The notes: generated by a model not told the origin, from the sequence alone. A stretch of DNA of 64,000 bases from Vicugna vicugna (GCA_013265495.1 MU058423.1:2123061-2187060); one strand, 5' to 3'; shown: positions 23,151-35,990, counted from the first letter of the stretch. Program-made: numbers and translations.

Positions 23151-26100
23151 AGGAGATGTATGTCGAGGGCATGAGTGAATGAATGGATGACATGGGAGGT
23201 CTCAAACTCAGGCCTGGCTGACTTCAAAGCTACCACCGCTGCCGACTGTAAGGCCTTGGGCGGGTGCTGTGAGAGAGGTGAACAGCCACCTCACTTTAAT
23301 CATGTGAGCATCGGCCCCTTCGTGGGTGAAAAGTTCTATTGATGACAGTTCCGGTCTCCCAGGGAGGAGGCTTCAGTGAGCAGATGCACACAAAGTGAGG
23401 AGCACAGGGCCTGGCGCCAAGAAGGATCCAAAGGGTAGTGGCTGCTCCTGGAAGCCTCCTGTTGTTTGCCTTTATTCATTTAAAAATATGTAAGTCCCCC
23501 TATTTATATTTCATTACATAAATGCCCCGTTTCTCCTCAGGAAAAGCTGAAATGAGTTTGCAGAGGGAATGGGGTAGAGGGTGGAGAGCATACTGCAACA
23601 CCACCAGCTCTGAAATGTCCTTTCTTCTTAGCGAGAATGGTACTGCCCTGAGGCTGATGGGGCAGCACCCTGCAAAGTCCAGGCCCACTTGCCTCGCCCT
23701 GGGGTCAAAGGGCAGCAGCGAAGAGCCAGGAGGCACCAGGTTCTGGACCCAGAGATCAGCAATACTATTACTAATAAAAACATGGCCTCAGTAAAGTCTA
23801 GGAATATTACTAATCAAACTATAGCTCGTAGCTGTAATAGTTAGCAAGCATTAAAGATGTGTTTGACACCGTCTACTGGCACAGAATAGGGTGGTGATTC
23901 TGCTTCAAAGCCGGACTGCCTGGGTTCGAATCTCAGCTTCGCCCCTGACCAACTGCCAGCCAGGCGAGCTTCTTCACCTCACTGCACTGTGAGGTGTCGG
24001 TGAGGTGAGCAGGGCACACCCCGAGATGTCGTGGGGAGGAGAGGTTGTACAGGTCTCAGAAGGGTACCGGCTCCCAGCAAGTGCTCACAAACCCCACCTC
24101 ATCTGGTCATCTCATTGGATTCACAGCCCTGCCTGGGAAGAGAGGTGGACAGCTGTGCCCCAGGGTAGGACAGTGCGTGGCTCGTGTCACATAGCTGTCA
24201 GCACCCAGGTCTCCTTACTCCTGTGCTCTCTCCATGACTTTAAAGGGAGAGGTGGCATCAGTGACTTGGAATAACCATCCTTCCCCCCACCCCCAGCTCC
24301 CTGAAGCCTGGAGTCCTGTGCAGGTGAAAGGGCATGGAAATCCAACACATACCCAGCCAACAACCCTGAAGCATTGCCTAGGACAAGCACCAGGATCAGA
24401 GAAGGACCAGGAGGCTGATTCTCTCTGCCTGGGCCTTTGCAGGCCATGATCCAGGCATCCAGAGGCCCCATGCTGGTCCTGACCAACCACCAACCAAACC
24501 ACCAATGCGAACAGCACCATCGCCCTGACCTCTCTGGGTCTCAGTTTCCCTGTGTGTAAAACGAGTTGGTCTGGATGACCTCTGAGGTCCCTCTCAGCTC
24601 TGCATATATCCAGAGAGGCCCCTCTTGCACTTGGGTGTGAGCCAGGCGTGACCTGCCCCAGGCACTAGAGACTGCAGGCTCTCGGGTCTGTCAGGTCACC
24701 CTCTGTCAGCTAAGAGCTCGCTGGGGCTTCATAGGGATGTTTTGACAGCCAGCCCAGCCATACTCGAATTATTCCCCTCTAGTAACTGGGGGTGGGTTGT
24801 AAAGGAGCAGGATATCAGATGATGAAGTTCCTTGGTACTCTCTAGAAGGAATGCCTCAATTACTTAAAGTACAACGCAGAGGGGCTCAAACGCCGAGAAA
24901 GCGAGAAAGTGCTCGGTGCTTTCACTTAGCTGTCACTTAGCAACGGATACAGCTTACAGCTCAGAATAGCACGTGTGAGAAAGGCAGGATGAGCGAGTGA
25001 ACTGCGAATCTTCTTAAAAAGAGGAAAAAATAGTGCGACTAAAAGGCAGACAGGTAAAAATATCTCCTGCCAGAGGGCTGATGGCTCCACAACAGCTTTC
25101 CCAGCGCAGCACCCAGCAGTTACCCCAGGGGGTGGGGGTGGGAGTGGGGGCTGCTCACCTTGCAACCAAGGCCAAACCAGGGGCCCCTCCACCCCACAGC
25201 AGCCAGAGAAGGGGAAGGGGTCTCTCTGAAACACTCAAGTCAGCCCTCTGAGCACCTGTCTCTGGGGTTGGTGAGGTGGTACCAGGTAACTCAAGGGACA
25301 AACTTAAGGGAGTCACTTATTTTCCAAGTGAGACCCCCCCAGGGGGGCTGAGTGGACAAGCCATCATCTTGGGGAAAGCAGGCAGCCAAAGGGACCACAG
25401 ACCCCCTCCCACGCCCCAGGGGTGGCCTCACCGAGCCCCATGGAGTGTGCCCAGCTTTGCTGCCCTTGGGTCTCAGGGCTCTGGAGAGAGCACTGCACAC
25501 CCATAAATGTAAACCTCCACAGCGGGGGAGCCATGAGAGCCCCCAGGAGGGAGGGCCATGGAGAAGGCCCAGCTCCCCGGGCCATACAGCCAACGACCAA
25601 TCCAGGTGGGAAGAAGGAAGCAAGGTTGGGTCCTTTCCTCTCAGAGAACTTGACAGCATCCTGATTTCCAGGTGACTCGAAGTGGTGGCCCACACAGTTC
25701 TCCTAATTACCTCAGAGCCTCTGGGCTTCCACAGAGAGCAAAACTGGTCAGGCCATTATCAGACACAAACTGTCCTCCAAATTATTTTTAATTGTCTTAC
25801 TGGAACCTCTGGCGGTCCCCTGGGGCAAACTGCTCCTGACAGGCCCTGGCCTGGATGTGGTGGCCACTCGCCTGCCTTGGGTTTTCTCGCCCAGGACGCA
25901 CAGGCAGGGACCCAGCACTGTTCTCGGCCTCTCCCTCCTTCACCCTCCATCCTAAGGTTGCAAACTCCTGTCAGCAGGTTCAGATCTATCCTCTCCTATC
26001 CCTCATGCTTTAGCTCAAGCCTTCTCTCCTCTAGAGGCCGGCAGCAGGCTCCCAGCTCACCTCTCCTCCAGGCCTTCAGAGCCTGCTTCTCAGAAGACCA

Positions 26101-27747
26101 GTGCCCCTCATTCCCACTGCCACCGCACCGCCCTGGCCCAGGCATGCGCAGCTCCTCCTTTGGGCTCCCTCCCACCTCCCCAGCCCTGGCTCCCCGGCTC
26201 CCTCCCGCCCAACCACCACTCCCCGACCTCTTCCAGCTGGAAGTTCAAGTCTTTGAAGGCCAAAGTGAGAACGAATGTCCCTTTCTCTCCCCTCCTCAGC
26301 AGGCTCCTAAGAAGACTGTTTCACACTTTGATCATTTGGCTATCTGGTACAGCTAGCTGTTAACATGCCTGATCCCTTTCCGAACGACAAGGCTCTCTGA
26401 GGGCAGGACTCAGGGTGTATTCAGCCCCTCTCCACTGCCCCGGCCCAGCAGTGCCTAGAACACAGGACAGAGCTCGGCACTTACAGATGCTCTTGCGTCT
26501 CTGCCTGCCTACCCTCCAGGAACAACCTGCTTCCTATGTTGAAATCCGAATCACTGCCTTTGCCTTTGAAATGAAGATGTCGGGCAGAAAAGCTAACAGC
26601 TCTGACTAGAGAGATGGTACAACCGATCAGAAGTCGCCTGCCCAGCCAGGGGCTCTAATTCCACGCAGCCCTGCAGCACATGTGGGGAGGACCCCCAGGC
26701 CTTGGAAGGCCTACCAACTGCATCTGGTTACCACATGGATAAAGGGGAAAAGAAAGAAAAGCTTACTGAGAAGTCAAGCCAACAGAACAGTGGTTCCTAA
26801 CTCCATTTCACAGATTTGCTGGGTTTGTACTGTGGTCTCCAGGCCTTATCCCAGCTCCCAGCTTCTTTGCTTGTGCAAGGTCAAATCCTGGTGCCTACAT
26901 GTGCTCAGTAAATATGGTATGAATGAAGTGAATGAGTGAATCAATGAATTGTGGATTTTGAGCTCCCCAAATTTTCTAGAGTCTGATGTGATTTCCAGCT
27001 TCAAATATTCCCCCTTTTCCAACGTGATATTCTGATGATCCCAAGAACATGTGATGCCCCAGCAGCAGTTTAAAGCTAAGGTAGCCTAAGAAGGCTGGCC
27101 ATCATTCACTGACTTTTTGTCTTTTATAAAGTATCCGTGGTCTGTGCTTCCCTTTCTCTACTTTACAGACGGGCTCCATCCTCACCTCAGAGACATGAAC
27201 ACTGGATGGGCACAGTCTTGGCACCGAGTGTTCCAGGGGCTGGTGGACCATTCCAAGGAACAAACAGGCAAAGGAGCCAGTGGAATCATCTGCAACCCGT
27301 CTCACCTTCTTGCTGCATTTGCCGAGCGTGTTCTCTGCAGTCAGTATTTTGTTTTCTTAGTCAAGGAGGAAGGAAAGCAGGAAAGGGGGCAGATGGTCCA
27401 CAGGGGGAGGAACTGGCACTGGAAAATGTGGGCGGGGCCAGTGCCAACAAAATCTTTTGGTTCAGTTCTACCATATCACGTGAGGGGAAACACATGCCCA
27501 GTGGGTATGCAAGCAAGATGCATGAGCCTCGCACTACAATTTAGGTGCTGAGGGCAGAGTCGGGTATAGTAATAAAGACAATGACAACAGCAGCACGGAG
27601 ACGATACTTCTGGAGGGCTGACTCCATAGCATCCACTGTGTTGAACAGCCATTATGTCCTGTAGCCCCACCAATAATTGTATGAGGCAGGTACCACTATT
27701 ATTTCCATTTTACAGGTGAAGGAGTAGAGGCTCAGAGGGATTAACTA

Positions 27748-27942
27748 CCTATATTTCACTGAACTGAAAACCCTTTGGTGCTGGTACTTTTTTGAACTTA
27801 CCAGAGGTCCCTGGAAGGTTTTCCCCCAACTAGGTCACCACTCTACTTAACCGACAGCTGATCTGAAACATTGTCGATCACACACCCTGATTTTAAGATG
27901 TGACACTGTGCAAAAATATGCATCTTGGAATTGATGACATAA
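27748..27942. mobile_element. Possible Tc2-type (MER104/Kanga-like) DNA transposon remnant
   Basis: Ends tatttcactgaact... and ...tgcatcttggaattgatgacata resemble Tc2 terminal repeats; it interrupts a MIR. Confidence 0.35.
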
Positions 27943-28524
27943 GGCACACAGTCAGAAAGTTGAGGCCCTGAGTCCCCAACAACACAGGCTGACTCAGGAA
28001 TCTGACTCCCAGCCATGACACTGAAAGATCATGGGTTTTGGAGCCAGGGAAACCTGGATCTGGGTCCTGCTGCCACTTACTAGCTGTGAGTCTTTGGGAG
28101 AGTACACAGCCTCTCTTGGTTTCAGCTTCTGGACCTGAAAAGATGGGGATGAGGCTCTGACCTCCTGGGGCTGTCATGAGGATAAAATGAGATAACGCAG
28201 GGGTCACACTGTAAACCTGCACCAGCTGCCCCTCCACATAAGAACATGGGGGAATGGGCTCAACCAGGAATAGAGGCGCATCCACCCACAGTCCTGCGAT
28301 GGCCTGGAACTGGAGTGGAACAAGCACGCAGGTGCCTGAGGACACAGGGGGCTAGTAGGGGATGCAGGTGCTTGGAACTCCAACTAATCTTCCACTTCCC
28401 TCTTGGGCTGGAGGAGAATGGAGCCCAGAGACTCCCATGAACTATAGATTCTGCTAAAATATGAGATTTTAAAAATTCCTCTCTATACTTTCCCCTCCTC
28501 TGTCTCTCCTTCCTGTCCTTTACT

Positions 28525-29180
28525 TTCTTCAACAAATATTTACTGAACACTAACTATACACCAGGCCCTGTCCTAGTATAGTAGAGAACAGAGCAAATAA
28601 GTCCCTGCCCTAGGGGATTTATATTTTAGTGCAGAAGGCAAATAAAAATCAGATAAATGTATAATTAATATTGTATATAGAGGCATATACTGTATCCACA
28701 GTGATATCAAATGAATATATAATACAGAGGGGATGGAGTGAGGTAGGGATGCTACAGTATACAGGGGGTTAGGAAAGCAACTCTGATAAAGACCTGATAG
28801 TGTGAGACAACGAGCCATGTGGATATTCCGGAAAAACATTCAGGGCAGAGGGAACAGAAAGTGCAAAGGCCCTGAGGTAGGAGCAGCATTTGAGTTCAAA
28901 GACCAGAGAAGAAGTGCCCTGTGCCAAGAGCATCCAGAGCTAGGGGAGAGTGGGAGGTGCTGAGACAAGAGGATAGCTGGCATCTGAGTAGGCAGGACTC
29001 ATCCGCCATGGAAAGAAGTTTGGGTTCCTTTCAAGGCTAACAGGAAGCTGTTGGCAGTTTTCAAGAAGGGGGGTGATGTCACCCAACTGTTTTAAGAGGG
29101 ATCACTAAAGTACCAGTGAGAAAGCAGGGAGGGTGGTTAGAGATGGTGGTGACCTGGGCCAGGCTGTTGGAATTTAAAGA
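28525..29180 (-). mobile_element. L2 fragment
   Basis: ttcaacaaatatttactgaacac...ccaggccctgtcctag...gagccatgtggatatt...gtgcaaaggccctgagg. Confidence 0.75.
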
Positions 29181-30875
29181 GAGAGGAAAACAGAGGACCT
29201 AGGGCGCTGACAGGCACACAGGCCCCAGAGAGAAGATGCATGAGACTGTTCTGATTTGGAAAAAAAATTTTTTTTAATCAGATGTGAAAAATAAAAACTC
29301 CAAGAGCAATGAGTAAAGGCCTCACTCCCTTCTTTTCTTGCTCATGGGAGGCCCACGGTGGTGACAGATGGGTCCTCACAGCATCTGCCCAAATCCTCTG
29401 ACCTGGATTTTTTAAAAGCCACTATTTTCTCTTGTCTCAGAGAGAGAGAGAGACAGAAGGGATCGAGGGTGTCCAATTACCTGAGTTACCCACCAGAGTG
29501 CCAAAGAGCACTTGAAGGAATAGTGACGAGAAACCCTTAATTACAGTCTCAACATGATGTCTGTTTCCTGAGAACCAGAAACGTTTGTGTCTCTTTCCTC
29601 ACCAGCCTTCGGTGTGGCTTTGTGGAGGGGTTCCCGTCAGGAACAAGTCGCAGGACACCTGAGATCGTAGCGGAGGGAGCACACGTTTGAAGACATACTG
29701 TGCTTACATATGTTGTTTAGCCCCTCAACAGCTTGGGATAAAATGTAATTCTCATCTTCAAGACGAAGAAGCCTAAGCTAAGGGAAGATAACCATCATGT
29801 ACAAGATTACCCAGCCAGGAAGTGGAGGAGAGGGGAGCCACACTGTGATCTCCCACACTCTGCAGCCCAAACTCTTTCCCGTGTACCAGTTCCTCCAGTC
29901 TTCTGCAGGTGATGACACACAGAGAAGAGAGGACTGGTATGGCACACTGGGGCCAATGGAGGCGGCTTCACCACCCTGGGCCACTCAAGGCTATTCCCAG
30001 GGATGAAGGTATCATTATTTCTGGGCCATATGCCATCCATCTGGGGCACTGGTTAATGCAACGTCGGGGACTGGCCAAGGAGAGTTCTTCCAGTTGTTCT
30101 AAAGGAGTCTCCAAATTACTAGCAGGCAGGTTGTCTCAGAAGTGTCCCAAGACCGTGGACAGCACCCACCAGGCCACTCTGGGAGCCAGTGCCGGGTTGC
30201 CCAGCCCAGGAGCACACTTGCTCCCCTTCCTATAGACCCCCAGGAAGAGGAGGTCCCCGTCCTCACTGACTACTCACCTGGCAGCGCCTGCGGGAGCCTT
30301 CCCACTGATGACTGTTCACATCTCCTGAAAGGCAGCGTTATCAAACAGCACTCCTGATCTGGAGTAGGATTTCAAACCACAGGAGCCCAGAAGTCTTATA
30401 ATCAAAGAGAAAATGCAATCACAGGAATTTGAGGTGTAGACCAATGAATTCTATTTGCAAGTGAAATAATAGGAGGCAGATTAGTGGTGCACAGAATCCA
30501 ATGGAAATTCTAATTAAACCAGTAATTAGAAATGATGGAATACAGTGAGAGGCAACTTGTTATCATCAGATAAGCTGTGAGTAGGCTTTGGAAGACAGAG
30601 TGGCAGCTCAGTGGGACAAATGCAGCTGATGCAATGACCCCAGGCCCTGGGAGCTGGGGCATCACTTCCTCCGGCTCGCAGTCACCCCACCCTCACTCCA
30701 CAAGAAGCCTCAAGCACTTTCAGCCTCAACTCCCAAGCTGGGGACTCAGGCTGCCCAGGCCTCACCTGACCCAGAATTACTCTCTGACAAAACAGACCTG
30801 GTTCTAAACATGAGGATGATTCGGTACAGTAATCCACCCTGCACCTGCAATTATGTTCTCACATGTGTGTTTTCT

Positions 30876-30978
30876 GTGAAGATCTAAGTATATTTTAAAA
30901 AATATACTTTAACACAGTGAACATCTAACTATATTTTTACGCAGTGAAGATCTAACTATATTTTTTAAATAGTTGGAT
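30876..30978. repeat. Three copies of a 21-bp unit with embedded inverted repeats
   Basis: GTGAA(G/C)ATCTAA(G/C)TATATTTT at 30876, 30917 and 30944. Confidence 0.85.
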
Positions 30979-31954
30979 TTATCCATAAATGAACGACGCT
31001 TTAATTTTTTAAATCACTCATAGGGAGAAGGAGGTGGAGGAGAGAATTACCCAGAGACTGCATCCCCTCAAAATGGCTGCCCACAGAGCAAGGGTTTCTG
31101 GGAAGATCTCCTTGTTCGCTGAGGGTGGGGGAGCAGTAATGCTTACATTTCAATTATCCACCCTGACTTTAAGGAACTTCTCTACCATGATCAAAGGTGG
31201 CTTGGAGATGCCAGACAGGCGAAGACAGTATGTGCTTGTTCTTCCAGGCAATTTCTCAGAGAGAGGAGATGGAGAACCACAAGGAATCAGATGCCAAGTT
31301 TCCCAAAAAAGCCAAGGATGGAAGTGGTGGAGCCCCAAGGGTAAGGAGAGTGAGTTCTCCATGGGACAAGACCAGAAAGCAAGCAGCATCTCTCCTGGCA
31401 GCCCACAAAGCAGCTGCTGTAAAAAACCTTGAAGTGTTAGCAGTTTTGCCCTGGGGTCTAGGATCTCATCAGAAACTGCTGCAGGTCCCTGGCTCACACC
31501 TTCCAGCACAGAAATCTGACACATCAAAGCTCCCACCAGAGACTGGCTGTCCTTAATTCTACAGATGCAAAAAGCCTCGGGGCAACTTCTGGTCTGCTCT
31601 GACTTTTTCCTTACTGTTTTCAGCACCAACCCCTGACTTGGACAAAATTTAAGTGAATGTGGTCAGGGGTGGTAGAGGTCAGGAAGAGAAAGATGGGCAG
31701 GACAGTAAAGCACCAAGATGGAGCCTGGGATCTTCTTCCAAATTCCAACCCACCTCAAACCACATACCATATTTCTTGAATTTTAGAAGTTGAGGTATGT
31801 TCACTCTCTACCAATTTCCCATTGGTGGCAATTCATGTCCCCTTTTCTCAAGGCACCAGCATAAAGAACTAGACTCACGGGTTTAGAAAACCACATTTGG
31901 GTAAATGCCTAGGTTGCCAGCAACATTTATTAAGAACTTCTTATGGAGACACAT

Positions 31955-32190
31955 CACATAGATATTAAGAGCATCAAGTTTGGAAACTGACAGACCTGAG
32001 TTCAAATTCCCAGGTTGTCATTCACTACCTGTGTGACCTTGAGCAAATTATTTAACCTCTCTGAACCTCAAGCCCCACATCTGTAAACATCTGAGAGCAA
32101 TATCTGCCTCCTGGGACTAGAGAGAAGGATAAATGAGATGGTCTATGAATAAAGCACTCAGCCCAGCACAGGAGCCTCAGTAAAAACCTG
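31955..32190 (+). mobile_element. MIR SINE
   Basis: cagacctgagttcaaattccc...ctgtgtgaccttgagcaaattatttaacctctctgaacctca. Confidence 0.75.
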
Positions 32191-34489
32191 GATATTATCA
32201 CCATGTGCCAAGCATGGTATGAGCCGCTGGAACCCACAACTGCACCCACCCTGCTTAAAAGCAGGCAAAGTAGGCATTCCCCACAGGTCACTGTCCCCTC
32301 TGCGCTTGGGGTAGTGCATTAACACAGATCTACCCGCAGTACTCTGCTTCTGACTTCTGAAAGCCTGGGACACTAGTTGGGGGTCAGGGGGAGGCTGATG
32401 TAAAAGGACTCTGTAGGGGCTGATCACAGTCTTCCCCCATCCAGATGCTCCAGGTATTTTGCTGTAAGGACTTCTTGCAGTCCAGCCTGAGAGCAAGCAA
32501 TCACTCAGAACTGGTTCAAGAGGAAAAAACCCACCAAAATCCATCTCCCCTTTAAACTATTCTGCTGCTTATCTTAGCAGCTTTTAAGGGATTAATGATG
32601 AATTGTCCTGCCGCAGCGAACCTGGACAGGAAGGAGCACGAGGGAAGGGAAGCAGTCCAGGCAGAAGGAACTTGCTTCTCAGGAATCCTCTCATCTCTGT
32701 ATATGTCATCCTTGGACTTTTCTCCCAGACCGAACTGGGAGGGCACTGATTCCAGGGTGCATGTATCCCTCCCCTCCCCACACAAACATGCACACACATT
32801 CCAGTAGCAGACTGGAGTCCTGGGGGTCAGCATGGCTTCTTCCCTGCTGCCCTGGGGATCCCCTTACTTCCTTTGTTCTGGAGGGGCGCACATCTTAAAT
32901 CAGCACCAGGTCTAGACACATTACAGGAGGGAGTGAGGGGCCCAGGATCCTTCAGGAAAGGCAGGAGACATACTCCTTTCCTCTCCAGGAAAGGCCAGCC
33001 TAACTTCTGGATAGTTCTCTTGTAGCTCCCAACTCCATTCTGGATAGGACAGGTGGGGAAGGGGATGGCAAGACGTGTTCAGAGGGCAGCGACCCTTTAA
33101 GTTCAGCAGGTGCCACAACTTGGGTGCAATCACGGTCGCAAACGATCCTAAGGAGGCAAGGTCTGTGCTTGAATCTCACCCTGGAGCAACTGCAGGCAGC
33201 CAAGGGCACCCAGCAGACCCAGCCCAGCCCTCCCCACCTCCCCAACTCTGTTACTTAGGCTTCCCCATTCAGGGTCTCTCAGGGGAGACTTGAGGGTTGG
33301 AAATAGGTCAGTCTGAAGCTGAGTTATGGGTCCTTCTTAACCACACAGGAAGCCCTGACACTTTCATTTGTCTCTACACCCCGCTCAGAGTGAGAAACAA
33401 GGACAAGATGAGAAAGAATCACCTCTGGTTAAGGCCCATAAGGAAAAGAGTGGGGAACTAACACTTAATGAGCATCTGCTATATGTCTAGCACTGGGCTC
33501 AAAAATAGGCCTGCAGAAAAGGTACCACAGGCATCTCTGCTTTACAACTCAGGAAACCAAGGCTCGGGAGATAAAGTGACTTGCCCAAGGTCACCATGCA
33601 CTGGCACATGGCAGAGCACTGCGCCTGGTTCTCACCACAGTCACAGGCCCTCTCCTCCAACCTCCCCCTCAACCCAGCCTCAGTTGCTTCCCCATGGGGT
33701 CAGAGCTCCGGCACCCTTGCCTAGCAGACAGGCAGCCTGAGCTCTGCTTACCTCACTCTGGGGACTTGTTAACTTCTGGTCAATGGACCCAAAACACTGG
33801 GAGCTCAGGCCATTGCCACTCACAAGTCCTGGCAAAGAACCCCATTCAACTCACAAACAGCTGACACACGACACTGTGTGTGACTCAGGCCAAACACACT
33901 CACTCCGATCAGAGCTGGTGGGCACGATTTGCCTCCTGCACTGAGTCACCCTCCAAGCTGAGCAGCAGGGATGCGCTGAAACTCACCACCTACTTAGCCA
34001 CAGCTGCTCCATCAGAGCAAAAGCCAGCAGAGGAGCTGAGCCTCTGACAGTCTCCATGGATGGGCTCCTGCCAAGGTCAGGCAGGTGTGACCTCGAAGCC
34101 CTTCCTGCCAGCGGATGGGTCCACCTCACAGGACCACGGGATAATATAAGCACAGCAAGAGACGCAAGAAGCCCTCTGTTAACCCCCACACACTCCGACC
34201 TTGCTCTCCAGACACCAATCAGTATGTCCAGCACAGCACAATCAAACTGAAGTTTTAGTTGAATTTTTTTAGAGCCATGACAGGATTTTCCTTGTTCCTG
34301 GAAGTTCCTGTTAACAGGGGCAGTGTCCTCAAAAGAATCTTCCTTCCCTACACCGGTCTCCCCAACCCAGCCCCACCTGCCTCATGTTCACAGCTGAATT
34401 GCTCCAAAGGTAGCTCTGGTTAGAACTTTCCTAATCTGAAGGGTCTATTAAAAAATTCTCAAAGAAGGAAAGAGGAATGGCAACAAACA

Positions 34490-34566
34490 GTAATAATATT
34501 AATTAATTATTATTTTATTATTGTTGTTACTATTATTATTATTATTAATTATTATTATTATTATTA
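34490..34566. repeat. Imperfect (TTA)n microsatellite at the CpG island boundary
   Basis: Read directly from the sequence. Confidence 0.9.
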
Positions 34567-34669
34567 TCTCCCCTTGATAGCCATTGGGTCCTGTAAGGTG
34601 AGTGGCCTCAGGATTTCTGAACACTTGCAGCCTTGACAGGGCTGTTTAGGCTTTAAAAGAATAGAGCAG

Positions 34670-35990
34670 GAGGCCGCGCCCCAGCGGGAGCAGCCTTCTC
34701 CCGGGCACTGCAAGCGCCGCTTGAGAGCACGGTGCGCACAGGTATAAACGTGGCAGAGGCCCTCTCTCCCGAGGCGGCGCCCCCTCCAGACCTGCTCCCC
34801 GCGCACGTCCCCCATCTCTGCCATTCCGTTCCCCGATGCTCTTCCCTCGAGGGAAGATGGGCTCCCCGCTAGCTCTGAATTCAGCGAGGACCAGCCCCAA
34901 GACTGGGAATTAAATATTCATCGCGGGCGTGAGCGCTCTGCTTCTCTTGCCAATGTTACTGTCAAGGTCATGGGCCTGAAGCCGAGCGGCTGGGGCTGGG
35001 GTCTCCAGCCGCGCAGGAGTCTCCCCGCCAGAACTGCGCCCTAGGCGCGGGGCTCAGGGAGGCGATTCTGGCGGGGCCTCCACCCCGGTCCTCAGGGGGC
35101 GCTTGCCTCGGCAGCTCTGCCCTACTACCTCCGGAGTTCTTGGGCCCTCCTGAGCCCTGAAAGCTGGAGCCCAGTGTCCAACCCGTGAGCGCGGCGCTGG
35201 GCACCCCCGAGGCGCCTAAGGAGCGCCGGCCCCGGGGCTCCGTCGCCAAGCAACGGCGGCAGGAGTGGCGGGAGGAGTCCCGGGCCCGCGCAGCGCCGGG
35301 AGGATACCGGAGCAGCGCCTCCTCACACCTTGGTCCTTAGGCCTCCCTGGCTGGGGCGGGGCCAGAACAGATGAAGTTGCGGTAGATGTTCTGGTAAAGC
35401 CAGGCGGGGCGCGGCCGGCGACTCACCTGTCCCGCGTGGGTCGTCGCGCGACCTCAACCCCTACGCTCCGGTCGAGCAGCTGCGGTCCCCGACGGGTCGC
35501 GGGCGCACAGCCCTTCCCGCGGGCAGTCCGAGTGTGCTGGCGACGGGCCCCGGCCGGGGCTGGGAGGGGACCCGGAGCCGCGCGCCGGCGCACGCGACCC
35601 TGCTTAGCTCCTCGCTCCCTCCCTCGCCTCCGGTCCCGGCCCGTCTCCCGCCCGCGGCGCGCTCAGGCCTCGGGGGAGCGGTCCGGGAACAAAGGTCCCG
35701 CGGCGGAGGGAGCGCGTGAGGCTGTGGGCATCGGCACCGAGTGCCACCCTCCCTGCGCGCTGGCCGCGCCGGCTCTGCGGAGCGGAACGGAGCGGGGCGG
35801 AGCGCAGCGCAGCGCGCACTGTTCCCTCGCTTTGCGAAAGGCCACCCTGGCGGCGGGGCGCCGTGACGCAGGCTTGACTCACGCGCGGGCCCGCGTCAAT
35901 GCGAGGCTCTGGGTCCGCGAGGGAGGCTCTGATGGCCGACGCAGGCGGAGGGGATGGGCAGGGAGAGGGAGGGGTCTGCTCCGGGAGCAG
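34670..35990. promoter_or_regulatory. SLC6A17: CpG island / SLC6A17 promoter
   Basis: Dense CpG and very high GC compared with the flanks. GC boxes (GGGGCGG, GGCGGGG), CRE half-sites TGACG at 35864 and CGTCA at 35894-35898, AP-1 TGACTCA at 35875-35881. Confidence 0.9.
35427..35830 (-). other. SLC6A17: SLC6A17 non-coding exon 1 (transcription start approximate)
   Basis: Perfect donor CAG|gtgagt at 35426-35421 inside the only CpG island upstream of exon 2. The 5' end is inferred from the promoter motifs at ~35860-35900. Confidence 0.7.

Noticed and set aside
30876..30964. Repeat-spacer pattern superficially like a CRISPR array
   Set aside because: Mammalian intron, only three 21-bp units, spacers of 20 and 6 nt partly derived from the repeat itself, and no cas genes.
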